A stretch of 64,000 nucleotides of DNA from Lama glama (Eukaryota). The notes beneath the pieces were generated by a model. It saw only the letters and a list, made by a program, of their open reading frames with translations, ran no database searches and was not told the origin of the DNA. Every line of letters starts with the position of its first letter. Position 1 is the stretch's first letter. Both the position numbers and the translations under genes were made by a program. Location of the stretch: the NCBI GenBank assembly GCA_028534125.1, contig CM052817.1, forward strand, positions 62,932,001 to 62,996,000. Reading direction: 5' to 3'. Shown here one piece after another: positions 52,790 to 64,000 of this stretch.

Positions 52790-53590
52790 AAAAATATGTA
52801 GAGGGGAAAAGTCAGAATACAGAGTTGATACAATATGTTAACCTAAAATGGCTACTTTCAACAAAAACTCACAAGGCATATAAACAAACAGACAAGCGTG
52901 ACTCATACTCAGAAAAAAAAGACACTGTCTATAAGAACGGCCGGATGTTGGATTTAGCAGAATAATATTCCAAAGCAGCTCTTTTAACTATGTCCAAAGA
53001 ACTAAAGGAAATGATGTTTCAAAAATTAAAATATGATGACAGTGACTCAGCAAATAGGTAATCTGAGTAAACACATAAAAATATAAGAAAAAAGATCCAA
53101 ATGGAAATTCCAGGATTGAAAAGTATGATAAATGAAATGGAAAACTTACTAGCTGGGCTCAGTAGCATATTCAAGACAACAGAAAAACAAATAAACAAAT
53201 TTGAAGATTGATCAATGGAAATTGTTCAAGCCTAAGAATAGAGAGAAACAAAGATTTAAGAAAAATAAACAGAAGCTCAGAAATCTGTGAGAAAATATCA
53301 AGCAAGCCAATATGGAGTAATGTGACTACCAGATAGAAATAAGATAAAGGTGTAGAAAAATATTTGAAGAATAGGGGTCAAAAATTTCCCACATTTGATT
53401 TCACAAATATCAATTTACAGATCCAACAAGCTCAACAAGTCCCATTAAAGATAAAAACAAATATATCTAAACCTAGATAATGTCAAAGTTAAACTGCTGA
53501 AAGACAAAGAAATTTGTGTACAGAGAAACAAAATTACATGAAATAAATGATTTTGCATTACAAACAACAAACGCCAGAAAGCAATGGGAT
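52790..53590 (+). mobile_element. Old L1 5'/ORF1 region (degenerate)
   Basis: atgttggatttagcag..atgtccaaagaactaaaggaaa..aaatggaaattccaggattgaaaagtatgataaatgaaatg..atcaatttacagatccaacaagctcaacaa. Confidence 0.7.
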
Positions 53591-55520
53591 TCATGTTTCC
53601 TGTGTATTTCACAGATGTCTGAGCTAGAAGTTTCATTGTTTCCACTATAGATTTTTACATTGAATGCCTTCTCTTCTACCTTTTTTTGTCTAAAATTCTC
53701 AGTCTCTCTCAAACAAATATATTACTCAGCATTCTGATTTTCTTTTAATCTTCATGCATTTACTTAGTAATTTTCATTCACCTCCCTTTAGACAGTCAAT
53801 TAATTCTAGATACCCCTCTTCATTGTTAGAAACTGGAACTAGTTAAATATTTAGTATACTCTTTTTAGTACAAAGAATGGTTGTACTGTTTGTCAATTTC
53901 TTTAGAAGGAAAGTAAATTTAAAAAAATGTTGGGTTCTAAAGTAAAGAGCACATCTGAATTATTTTTGGGTGAGTGATATTTCAAGACTTTTATAATTTT
54001 GAGATTTCTTGATCCATTTGGAGAAAAAGTCATCTGACAGATTTCAGTCCACCAATCCAACCATCACTGAACTTTAGTTTTACTAAACAGAGCACCCTTT
54101 AAGATGTTTTACTTCCAGAACACTAGCCTCAATATAAGTCTTAACCTAATTAACATTTACATATCAATGTTTGTAAGGGACTGAAGATATAAATTTTTGG
54201 CAGCTCAGTAACAGTGGGAAGGTCTGAAAAAATGTTGATGATATACAGGAAAATAAGTCACTAGAGCGGCTATCATGAGTCAGGCTTTTAGAACTGCCAG
54301 CTGGCTATTTCTGTGATTCTTTGATACCTAAACTCAGCTCAGGCCACAGCATTCAGGTACTCTTTCCTACATGCTTCCATCCTTATCTCAAACCACAAAA
54401 ATTCTGTTTAAGACAGACTGAGGTATGAATCACAGTACTGACTAGAGTCAGTAAATCTCTATTTTATTTGTTAGCCAGAACTCAACCTCTGCCTTCTCAG
54501 TGCAATAAGTAAGTCTTTCCAGGCTGCTATTACTTGACAAGTACAAGCTCGAGATGAGAAAACCTGGATTTAGTTTTGTAAATGTTATCTTTTATTAACA
54601 GTATATTTGAATAGCAAGTACATTTTCAAAGTCCAGGAATCAAATAAGCTACTAACATTATGGTGATAATTTTGAAACATGGATTTTAGCCTATGTGGCA
54701 ATTTAATTGCTAGTTAGAAGCAAATCCTGTCTTGCAGCAACAGGGTTAGTCAGTATTTCTCTAAATTCAATATGAGCTATTGATTCATGGCTGCAACACT
54801 ATGAGGGCTTGCTGAAAGAGCAAGGGTTTCTAGCTAAGGTAATTCTGAACAATAAAATTGTATGGGAAAAAAAAAAGCTGCTAAGAGAACAAATTCATTT
54901 AACTCACACTGAACCAGACTACTAGGAACTCGGAAAACTGTAAACTTGTTTAATAGTAGCTGTTTAGTTTTGAAAAGGAGGGAAGCCATGCTGTTAAAAT
55001 GATCTCTTTTCTATTGTTCCCAAAACAGTCCAGCTACGTGTTGTAATAAGTTCATTGGCAATATTCTTCTGAACAAGAACATATGATCTTATATATAATC
55101 AGGCCTTGAGTCTTGATAATGACAAAGGATTTATGACATTAGTAGAGGCTACATCTTTTCAGGCCCTAAACTCTTCTGTATACCTTTTATTTTCTCAATG
55201 GCTTTTTGGATATATATGCCCACCACTAACATTTCTTACGAAAGGTAGATAAGGTAGATAGTAAGTTATCAAATAGGTAAAGGTTGCCTCCAATATGTCA
55301 AGCTTCTCAAATGCATTCCAGTTTTCCCTTCACAGCTCATGTCCACTCAGCATTCATTTTCATTCCTTGTCTGGCCCTCAAAATTTCTAAAATCTTCCTT
55401 TCTTATCCTAATTTTTGACACCAAGATAAAAAATAAATAAATAAAGCATAGGATTTGCATTTTCATAGTATTTGCATTTTCACAATTAACTACATTTTAA
55501 CCACTATGTATGATACTCAC

Positions 55521-55800
55521 CATAGATCCTGAATTTGAAATAAATTTCCAGGCTAGTGCTTCTCAATGCAGAGATGCGAGTAAAACGAAGTCTCCAGGGC
55601 AGGATGTGTGTGAGCAACGGTGAGAAGGGACTGACCAGGCATGAATATTTTGAAGCACACCTTGCATACTTGTGAAATGTTCTTCCATACCGCTCTTTAT
55701 TAGTGAGAAACACTCAGCTAAGTTTCTGCCTCCTTGACCCATCCCTAAAACCAACTTGAATCAATGCCATCAATCTTCAACTTGCTGCCTGCCACCACTG
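55521..55800 (-). other. Candidate exon ending ATG|GTGAGTA (5' boundary uncertain)
   Basis: Consensus donor (GT 55520-55519) in unique, more GC/CpG-rich sequence. Confidence 0.3.
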
Positions 55801-56011
55801 CGCTTCACCTCCCATTCCCAGATTCTGTTCCAGATCATGATGAATCTTTGCCAGGTGAATTCCAGTAACTAGCATGAGATGTGAAGTTGATTCAAATAAT
55901 AAGCGTTTTAAGAGAAGGGACTTCCTTCACTGTCTGATACAATACATTCCTTTAAGACAATTCTGATGAGGCTCCAAGGTTGATTTCTTTCCCTTCAGAT
56001 GCAGTTTACGG

Positions 56012-56181
56012 CAATGTTTCTGAAACTTCAGTGTACATTAGAATCATTTTGAGAGCTTTTAAAAACATCAATGTCTGGCCTTAACCCAGAGATCTTCATT
56101 TAATTGATTTAGGAATGGGTCTGGAGTTTGATTGTTTTTAAGTTTCCAGATTCTAATGTGCAGCTAAAGTCTAGAATACTG
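56012..56181. mobile_element. MER5A1-like MITE
   Basis: caatgtttctgaaacttcagtgtacattagaatca..tctggccttaacccagagat..gattctaatgtgcagctaaagtctagaatactg. Confidence 0.7.
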
Positions 56182-58654
56182 AGGTGCCAAAAAGGCTGTA
56201 AGAAAAAGAATATGTTACTTCATTATATTTTGAATGGCAATGTATATTTGTTTTGTTATATTCTTCTTAAAACTTATTCATACATGATCTTCTCCTTTTA
56301 TTCTCAAAATGTAATATATGAAGGTGATTTGAAGTTTTACATCAAGAGAAAAAAGTTAATTGACTAAATTAGGTTTTCCTAAAGGTAGTTAATGCCAGCT
56401 GTTAAAATCCAAAACAGTGTTATGTCCTGTAACCCAAGATTTTTTTTTTAAAGAAACATGTTTTCCTAAAGAGACTTCTGTTGAATACTGATCCTATAAG
56501 ATGTCACTTAAAAAAAATAGATTGGCTAAATGAGCTTGGAAAAGTTTTTAGAACACATCCTAATTTTGAATATTTTAAATAAAGTTGGTTATTTTTCAAT
56601 GCTTTTGGAGGTCCTATAGTGAAGGAAATCATTTGAAGTGATTAATCCTGCTTTTTCTTAACTTATTTGACTATGGACTAAGTTTTGTGGTAACATAGTA
56701 ATATCTTGTAAATTGTAATCTTTTCCCAAACATGCACTGAAAATCACTGTACTGTTATATGCCCTACATACATATATATAATAAACCACATTAAAGAATC
56801 CTATTAAATACCCTAAATTAATGACATTTCCTGAAATCCAGAATGCTAGAAAAGGTCTAACCCTTTTACTATAAAAGGATTTACTGTAAGTTCAACAATA
56901 ATACTCTAATAATGTCCTTTAACATGTGGAAAGGACTACAAATCTATCAGATATACTATCTAGTGCTGATAAACTGGTTTAAAGTGTAATTGTAATAGAA
57001 AAGAAAATCTTTGAGTTGAGCTTTTTGTATTAGATGGAATATAATGGATTAGCAAATATTTATTTCTCTATATATTTCATGTAGAGACTAATTTACTTAC
57101 CAATTTCTATTTAAGATAGTTACAGTTTAAGTACATTTTCTGGCAATTCAGAGTTTTCCAATATACTGACTTTAAAATATTACTTTAAAGCTTCAAGCAT
57201 TACTCTTCACAGGAATTCATGAATCTTACAACTAAAATGCAAATTCCCCCTCTTTTTGCAATGAAAGCATTTGGAGTAGTGATTCACATATTGTCCTTCA
57301 TCTAATAAAAAGACCCTATTGATTCAGATTTGTTAAGTATGCATTTACTTGGAGACTGCTGGGTTTTGTGTGTTCTAAAGATGGTTACTTAAACATACAC
57401 TCATCCTTACACACTCTAGGGGTTTATATTTTATTAACCACTTATGTTTATTGGTTACACTATGAGTTTAAATGCATATTCTGTATATTTGAAGTTTTTC
57501 TCTTTTAGATTTAGTTTTTAGTCTTGTTCTTATTTTTTAAGATATTGACTGATGCCATAATACATGGCTAAGTCTATACATGTAGAGATCATCTAGTTTG
57601 AGTAATTTCTAGTATTTAAAATCAAATGACTTTTCTTTATTATTCTATGAGCTTCTAGATTTTCTGTCATCAATTCAAAACAATGCTTTTTTCTTATCTC
57701 TAATGGCAAAATTAGAAAATTATGATTTATAATAAAATAATAACATTCAAAGGAACACTGAAACCTTGCTGTAGACTATCTAATATTGGCTATATATAAT
57801 TTTGTAAGTATATTTTAAAACAATTAGTATTGGCTGTTATACTCTATTCCTCTTATATTTGTTTATTATAGATAGAAAATTTCATGTGTTAAGTGAGTTT
57901 TTCTTAGTAGAGTTATATTCATCTAAACAGTCACCAATCAGTTTAAAAGATAACAGAGAAATTTTGTGATAAAAAGAAAAGCAGGCTGTAAATAGACAAA
58001 TAATATTTAAAAGCTATTGGTAATTCTTGTCATGTTATCTTCTATTTTTAGGACCCTAAAGTAAGCTCACTGAAATGAAACAATAAAATACAATGTCATA
58101 TTTCTTATCCTTGGACACTTTAAACCACAGGAGGGATTCAAATGATTGTCAGGTGGCTTTTGTTGCTGCTGAATACCAAAGAAGTAAAGAATTGTAATTT
58201 AAGCTAAATTTGGTTTATAGAGGCCTAGTCCAAAAATTCTGAAACCACATTTTCTTTTGCTATAAATCTAATTTCAGTATCTTCCTCAGTTGCCTCTGAT
58301 TTTTTTTAAAGCTGGCAGATTCAATGGTACTGAATTTAAAGCAGCTTCATTAGGAGGCTGATCTAAGTATATTCACTGATTCCTTTTTTTGGTCATAAAA
58401 CATGATACCTTTAAAAGATACCCGGAACCTGAAGGCTTATATAATTATCCTCAGTACTGAGTTACATCAATCATCTATGTAGTGATTTATTTACCTTTTA
58501 TTTGCTTCAGTTATTACTCTGAAAATATTAATTAGACATCATAACAACTAAACCAAAGAAAATATTAATGCCAAAATGTGGTCTTTCATTCACTAAAAAT
58601 CTTTCTGATATAAATCTACCTGACTATAGACATGGGAATCCTTTTATTGAAAGA

Positions 58655-58800
58655 GAGTTTAGCCAGGAATTCTAGAACTGAATTTTCCAATATCCATGTG
58701 CCACTGAAATTGTCATTTCATTTTCTTCTAGTAGTAAGTTCTTTCATTTGTAAAATGAAGGAGTAGGATTTGGTGATCATTGAGGTCTTTTTCTAAAAGG
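58655..58800 (+). mobile_element. MIR3-like SINE remnant
   Basis: gttctttcatttgtaaaatgaaggagtaggatttggtgatcattgaggtcttt. Confidence 0.5.
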
Positions 58801-59715
58801 TATAGTATAAACTCAGCATTCAATAGAAAATATGAATTTAAAATACATTAGAAAAATCCATTTTTAGTTCCAATTTAGAACTAACAGATTCCAGCAAGAT
58901 GCTACTTATCAGAAAGAAATTTCTATGATATCTGTAGCCAGATATAAGCCAGTAGTTTCGTCTTATGGAGAATAATTACGTTTACATAATGCTCATGTAT
59001 TTGAACAGCAAAGCTAATGTACAGCAATACTCCATTCATCATTTATTAGGAATATTTTCAACAGATTATTTGTTTCTACCTGGGAATTTGGGAATTTTAT
59101 TCAAATAAATTCATCATAAACTCTGTATTTGTATACTGACAATCATAGCTTTACATAGTCTGTTTTTGTATAAGAAATGGAAAATACTTAATGTTGGTGG
59201 GAGAGTTTGCCTTATAGGGAAAATTGAATAGATATTCATTTAGAGGAACATTTAAAAATTTAATTTTGTCTTTTAACATATTGAAATTCCTAATTTCTGA
59301 CTCAATGTCACAATTTTTCAAAGATTGTTAGTATAGTAGGAAGAGGCTACATACATGTACACACACACACACACACGTGCGCTAACACACCTGCTAAACA
59401 TTCCGAGTTTGTTTAGCTAAATGAAAAATTCAACAAAACCCAAAGATGTTACCAGAGTTGGTACAGAAGTAGCCTATCCTATCCTAGTGATTCTTTTCTC
59501 CTGCCCTGTTCTGTTCTATTCCCTGCCAGTAATACATTTCAATAATGGGCTTTTGGACAAGAGCTGGGAAAGAAATCACATGTTCTTGCACCACTCATCT
59601 TTTATACTGGGGTTTTCATCAACATTCCACTAACAATCTAATTGCTAATCTTAAAAAAAAAAATTCCCTTAAAAGGTTTCCCTTATTCTTAAAACAAAAT
59701 CAAGATTAGCAAGAC

Positions 59716-60468
59716 CAGGAGAAGAGGCAAGATGGCGGAGTAGAAGGACGCTCATAAGTCACCCTCTCCCACAAATACACCAAGACCCACATCTACAGAC
59801 CCACTCAGCCAACCAGAGCACCTGCGGAACTCCGACAAAACATCGCCCTCTTCAAAAGATAAAGACGCCAAAAATCTGGTAGGAGAAAAGNNNNNNNNNN
59901 NNNNNNNNNNNNNNNNNNNNNNNNNNNNNNNNNNNNNNNNNNNNNNNNNNNNNNNNNNNNNNNNNNNNNNNNNNNNNNNNNNNNNNNNNNNNNNNNNNNN
60001 NNNNNNNNNNNNNNNNNNNNNNNNNNNNNNNNNNNNNNNNNNNNNNNNNNNNNNNNNNNNNNNNNNNNNNNNNNNNNNNNNNNNNNNNNNNNNNNNNNNN
60101 NNNNNNNNNNNNNNNNNNNNNNNNNNNNNNNNNNNNNNNNNNNNNNNNNNNNNNNNNNNNNNNNNNNNNNNNNNNNNNNNNNNNNNNNNNNNNNNNNNNN
60201 NNNNNNNNNNNNNNNNNNNNNNNNNNNNNNNNNNNNNNNNNNNNNNNNNNNNNNNNNNNNNNNNNNNNNNNNNNNNNNNNNNNNNNNNNNNNNNNNNNNN
60301 NNNNNNNNNNNNNNNNNNNNNNNNNNNNNNNNNNNNNNNNNNNNNNNNNNNNNNNNNNNNNNNNNNNNNNNNNNNNNNNNNNNNNNNNNNTGAAAAATTG
60401 TGCTGAACACTGGAATTTGACACAGCATTGTAAAATGATTATAAATCAATAAAAAATGTTTAAAAAAA
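59716..60468 (+). mobile_element. Young L1 with intact 5' end and 3' end spanning the assembly gap; probably full length
   Basis: 5' UTR start GGAGAAGAGGCAAGATGGCGGAGTAG (YY1-type CAAGATGGC, CpG-rich); 3' end aatcaataaaaaatgttt plus A run; exact TSD AAGATTAGCAAGAC at 59702-59715 and 60469-60482. Confidence 0.9.
59891..60390. other. Assembly gap (500 N)
   Basis: Run of exactly 500 N. Confidence 1.
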
Positions 60469-61927
60469 AAGATTAGCAAGACTAGAGCATTTGTTAAGAA
60501 AAACATTCCTCCAGCTTTCAAGATTCTGGAAACACTCTTACTATAGATAGTACTACATAGTTAATTTTAAGAAAATGAGCCTTTTAACATTGATTAAAAC
60601 TTATAAGATAATTAAAAAGTGCACATTTTATTCTCCTTTTACCTATATACTTCCCAAATATAGTTTCTGTCTTTTAGGCATATTAGATTTGGAAGAGCTA
60701 AAAGAAAAACAGAAATTCTTTAGGTAAATTGACAAATATGTGCAGCCTGGGGGATGTTTCTAGGTACTCACAACATTGCTAGGAAGTCTGTAATGATAAG
60801 TTCCTTCTATATTTTTAACATACAGTATTTTGTTCAGTATTCATTTATAAGATTTTTTAAATAGTCTTTATATTACTACAAATAAATCCTGTTAATGTGC
60901 TTGTATGTAATGAGAACTATATAAAATTAATTAATTCTTATCTGAGATGGGGATTATTTGGCCACATCTGAGACATATAACCCTAAACTTATATGCATTT
61001 TTTGCATTTGTTAATCAATTAATTCATCCATGCATTATATTTTCATGGAGCACATAGTGTCCACAAAGCACTTTCACCCGATTATACCAATGGCACTGAG
61101 ATAAACTGTATGAAAGTCCAACTCTGTGAGCTCTCATGAGCTACAGAAAATTCTAGGAGTTGTAGTGACTTAAACCACAATGGGGAACTTAAGCCACAAT
61201 GCCCAAGGCAACTACACCTATCTACTAGGTCTGTGACTTTTGTTGGGGGGGGATGGGGGACCATGAATTCTTTTTTTCCTTAATCAGGAATCTCCTTCCA
61301 CTTACTCATATATTCATTTCTGACCCCCTATGTCTAGCCACGGTGACATTGTTCTGTACTATCTATAGATGATAATCTTTAATTAGCTCTATTTTTGTAC
61401 ATCTTGGGTATTTATAATAAGTAGTTTGTTGCCCTACTTTTGTAACTACTTTACCTTAAAATGTTCTTCAGCTGCTAAACCTCATTATCTTTCAGAATTC
61501 AGTTCTCTCTTTTTCTTTCCTTATTTATTTTTTCCTTCTTCCTTTCCCATTCCCTCCCTACTGTGAATATGTTTTGCTTCAGAAATGTCTTGCTGACAAA
61601 AATGCCACATTGGGAAACAAATGAAAAATAATCACTCACTTTTATTTTTTACAGGTTTTGGACAAAAATAAGAATTCTACAATAAAAACAGAAGACAGAC
61701 TCAGTTTTATCCATCCTGATCATTACTACACTATTACAGTACAGATATGAAGCCTGATCTGCCCATCAGATTATATAATTTCCAATTTAATTTTAGAAGA
61801 TCTTAATGGATTTTTAAACTAAAATATATCAAATGAAGCTGAAAAATAATTTTGAAACATGGTAGAGTCCTTTCTCTTCCTGGCTTCCACACAAATAAAG
61901 GTGTGATTCTACTTTAAAAGAACTTTA

Positions 61928-62150
61928 ATTAAATTAGGAGTTGGGGATTAACAGACATGTTACTATATATAAAATAGATAAACAACAAGATCCTACTGTA
62001 TAGCATAGGGAACTATATTCAATTTCTTGTAATAATATATAATGGAAAAGAAGCTGAAAAGAAAATATATGTATGTAGAAGTATAACTGAAACACTCTGA
62101 TGTACACCTGGAAGTAATGTTGTAAATCAACTACACTTCAACGAAACATT
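61928..62150 (+). mobile_element. Artiodactyl-type L1 3' end
   Basis: aaattaggagttggggattaacagacat..tactatatataaaatagataaacaacaagatcctactgtatagcatagggaactatattcaat..tgtaaatcaactacacttcaa. Confidence 0.85.
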
Positions 62151-62629
62151 TTCAAAAAGCAATATGCATATGGAAAAAACAAATTAAATCAATATTTAAA
62201 ATCAGATCTTTCCATAGTGCTTGCCACCTGAAATTAAAACATCACAAGAATTCTCATTTTGAAAAACAAATAAATAAAAGAACCATTTTAATTAATCATA
62301 TTAATACTGAGAATAGTTGAATATTAATGCTTAAGATATTAGCTCGTATAGGAGTAACAATCTAACAAATCTGATGGCAAAGTATGAAGAATAAATAATG
62401 AAAATTGGATTCTAATCTAGTTTTGACATAATGCAGCTGCAATCTATGAAAAATCATTTAATCTCTATGGTTTGTTTTCCACTTTGTAAAATAATGTTTT
62501 ACCATGCTGAGCAGTAATCTGTAGTTACTATTATTTAAATAAGTCATCCTATTACAAATCTTAATCTAGTATTTTCACATTTTGGCCACCATCCTCAATA
62601 AGCAGGGAAGAAAAAGGAACAACGAGATT

Positions 62630-62790
62630 AAAAAATGATTGAATATCTACTATGTGTTTCCCAGTGTTCTAGGTATTTTATAATTACTGTTTTGCTTAAT
62701 TATCATAATTACTTTTTGTAGTAAATATGTGAATTAAAAAGTTGAAGATTTTGTGGCTTGACTAGTAATTCGTCTGTAAAAAATGATTAA
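62630..62790 (-). mobile_element. MIR SINE remnant
   Basis: attgaatatctactatgtgtttcccagtgttctaggtattttataattactgttttgcttaattatcataat. Confidence 0.45.
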
Positions 62791-64000
62791 TGCAAGTATA
62801 CACCTGTGAGACTCTCATTCAAATTTGCACTTGAATGTGAGACTCAATGTGAACAAGCTAGAAGTTCGTACTACCTTTCTGCCTCCCACGACCATCTGCC
62901 CTCCCTACATACACACCTGCACTCACGCAAAACTCTATGCAAATAACATTTCAATTGGCAGAAACTGTGTTAACCATACACCAGCAACTTTATGTTTCCC
63001 CAGACACTAGTGTCACCTAGTTCTTTAGGAAGTTTGTGCTTTGTGCCCTATATTTATACCTTTGACTCTAATCTTTTGATTCTGCTATTTTAAAATTTTT
63101 CCCTAGTGTTACATATTTTTAAAGTTGTTCTTCTTGCTCAGGTAAGGGAATAATTATCTCAGTCTTTTTGGTAAAGTGAAAGAATATATTAAGACCTAGA
63201 TATTTGTTTAGATTTACTGATATCAAAAATTTGCTTAATGGCATCTGACTTTGGTTTGATTGGATCTCATTACCATATATTTAATAATATTCTTCTCCCA
63301 AATCCTGAGTTATTTTGTAAACTTCACTTGAGTTACATAAAGAAAACAGGATTCACTCCAACGTTTTAAACTATATTTCACAAAATATACAATTTATTAT
63401 CTACTGGTAGACCTTAGCAGACTAATTCAGATTTTGAAAAAATAAAATTCATCAGTATCTACTGAGTTTTATTTTGTCATTGGTTATTTATGAGAACAAT
63501 ACACATATTGTCAGGAGAAATCATAGACAAAAAGAAAAACTAATCTAATGAAGTAATAATGTTGTTAACTGTCTTCACAAACCATGATAGAATATATACA
63601 AATGACCAGAATAACAAAGCTTTGGCCACACTTTACAGTATATAATATATCATAAAAATGAATAGTGGCTCACAAATAAATGTTTTTAGGGATAAATTTG
63701 TTCATATCTTTTCAGTACTTGATGTAATAGATTGTGATACCACATGGAAATAAAAATATATTAAAAAAAACCTGACAGCTGCTATTCTAAAATACAGGTT
63801 TCTAAATGTTGATTAAAAAAAATTAGAGATTTTACAGAAAATCCGTGCAGTATTACTGCAATATCTACTATAATTTTAAAGGTATTATACATCAGAGACT
63901 TTCACTTGCATTTATTTGTTCTAATAGCCCACTGATCAAAACAACAAGCCAAAACTAATAATGCAACATAACTATGAGGGAGAAAAACACTAAAAAAATA

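Noticed and set aside
59752..60521. The two longest ORFs (223 and 238 aa)
   Set aside because: Artefacts of translating through the 500-N gap, antisense to an L1.
21790..63147. Plus-strand polypyrimidine-CAG|GTAA motifs (21804, 35837, 36476, 63141) resembling recursive splice sites
   Set aside because: Expected by chance in AT-rich DNA; one lies in a MIR; no evidence of plus-strand transcription.
1..64000. CRISPR arrays, operons, tRNA/rRNA/snRNA genes or a novel multi-gene system
   Set aside because: No regularly spaced repeats, long ORFs or recognisable structural RNA motifs; the sequence is ordinary mammalian non-coding DNA.

Overview
AT-rich, CpG-poor mammalian genomic DNA, either intronic or intergenic. 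No protein-coding gene, RNA gene, CRISPR array or prokaryotic system is recognisable, and the ORF-track entries look like chance or repeat-derived ORFs. Much of the window is interspersed repeats: old eutherian L1M, L2, MIR, MaLR/ERVL/ERV1 solo LTRs and MER5-type DNA transposons, plus several artiodactyl-type L1 3' ends. I saw no Alu, B1, Bov-A/BovB, PRE1 or Can-SINE, so a camelid origin is my inference. The best-supported observations are retrotransposition footprints. (i) A young L1 has its 5' and 3' ends and a 14-bp target-site duplication (TSD) straddling a 500-N gap. (ii) Two different L1 3' ends plus extra sequence sit inside one exact 14-bp TSD, suggesting 3' transduction. (iii) L1s are nested three levels deep near 50-52 kb. 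(iv) A TSD-flanked (TAGA)/(TAAA) microsatellite may derive from a retroposed tail. Several unique, CpG-retaining blocks carry minus-strand splice donors and may be 5'/alternative exons of an unidentified minus-strand gene. Repeat family names come from recalled consensus motifs, not a database search, and boundaries are approximate unless a TSD is quoted. I found no novel biological system that I can support.
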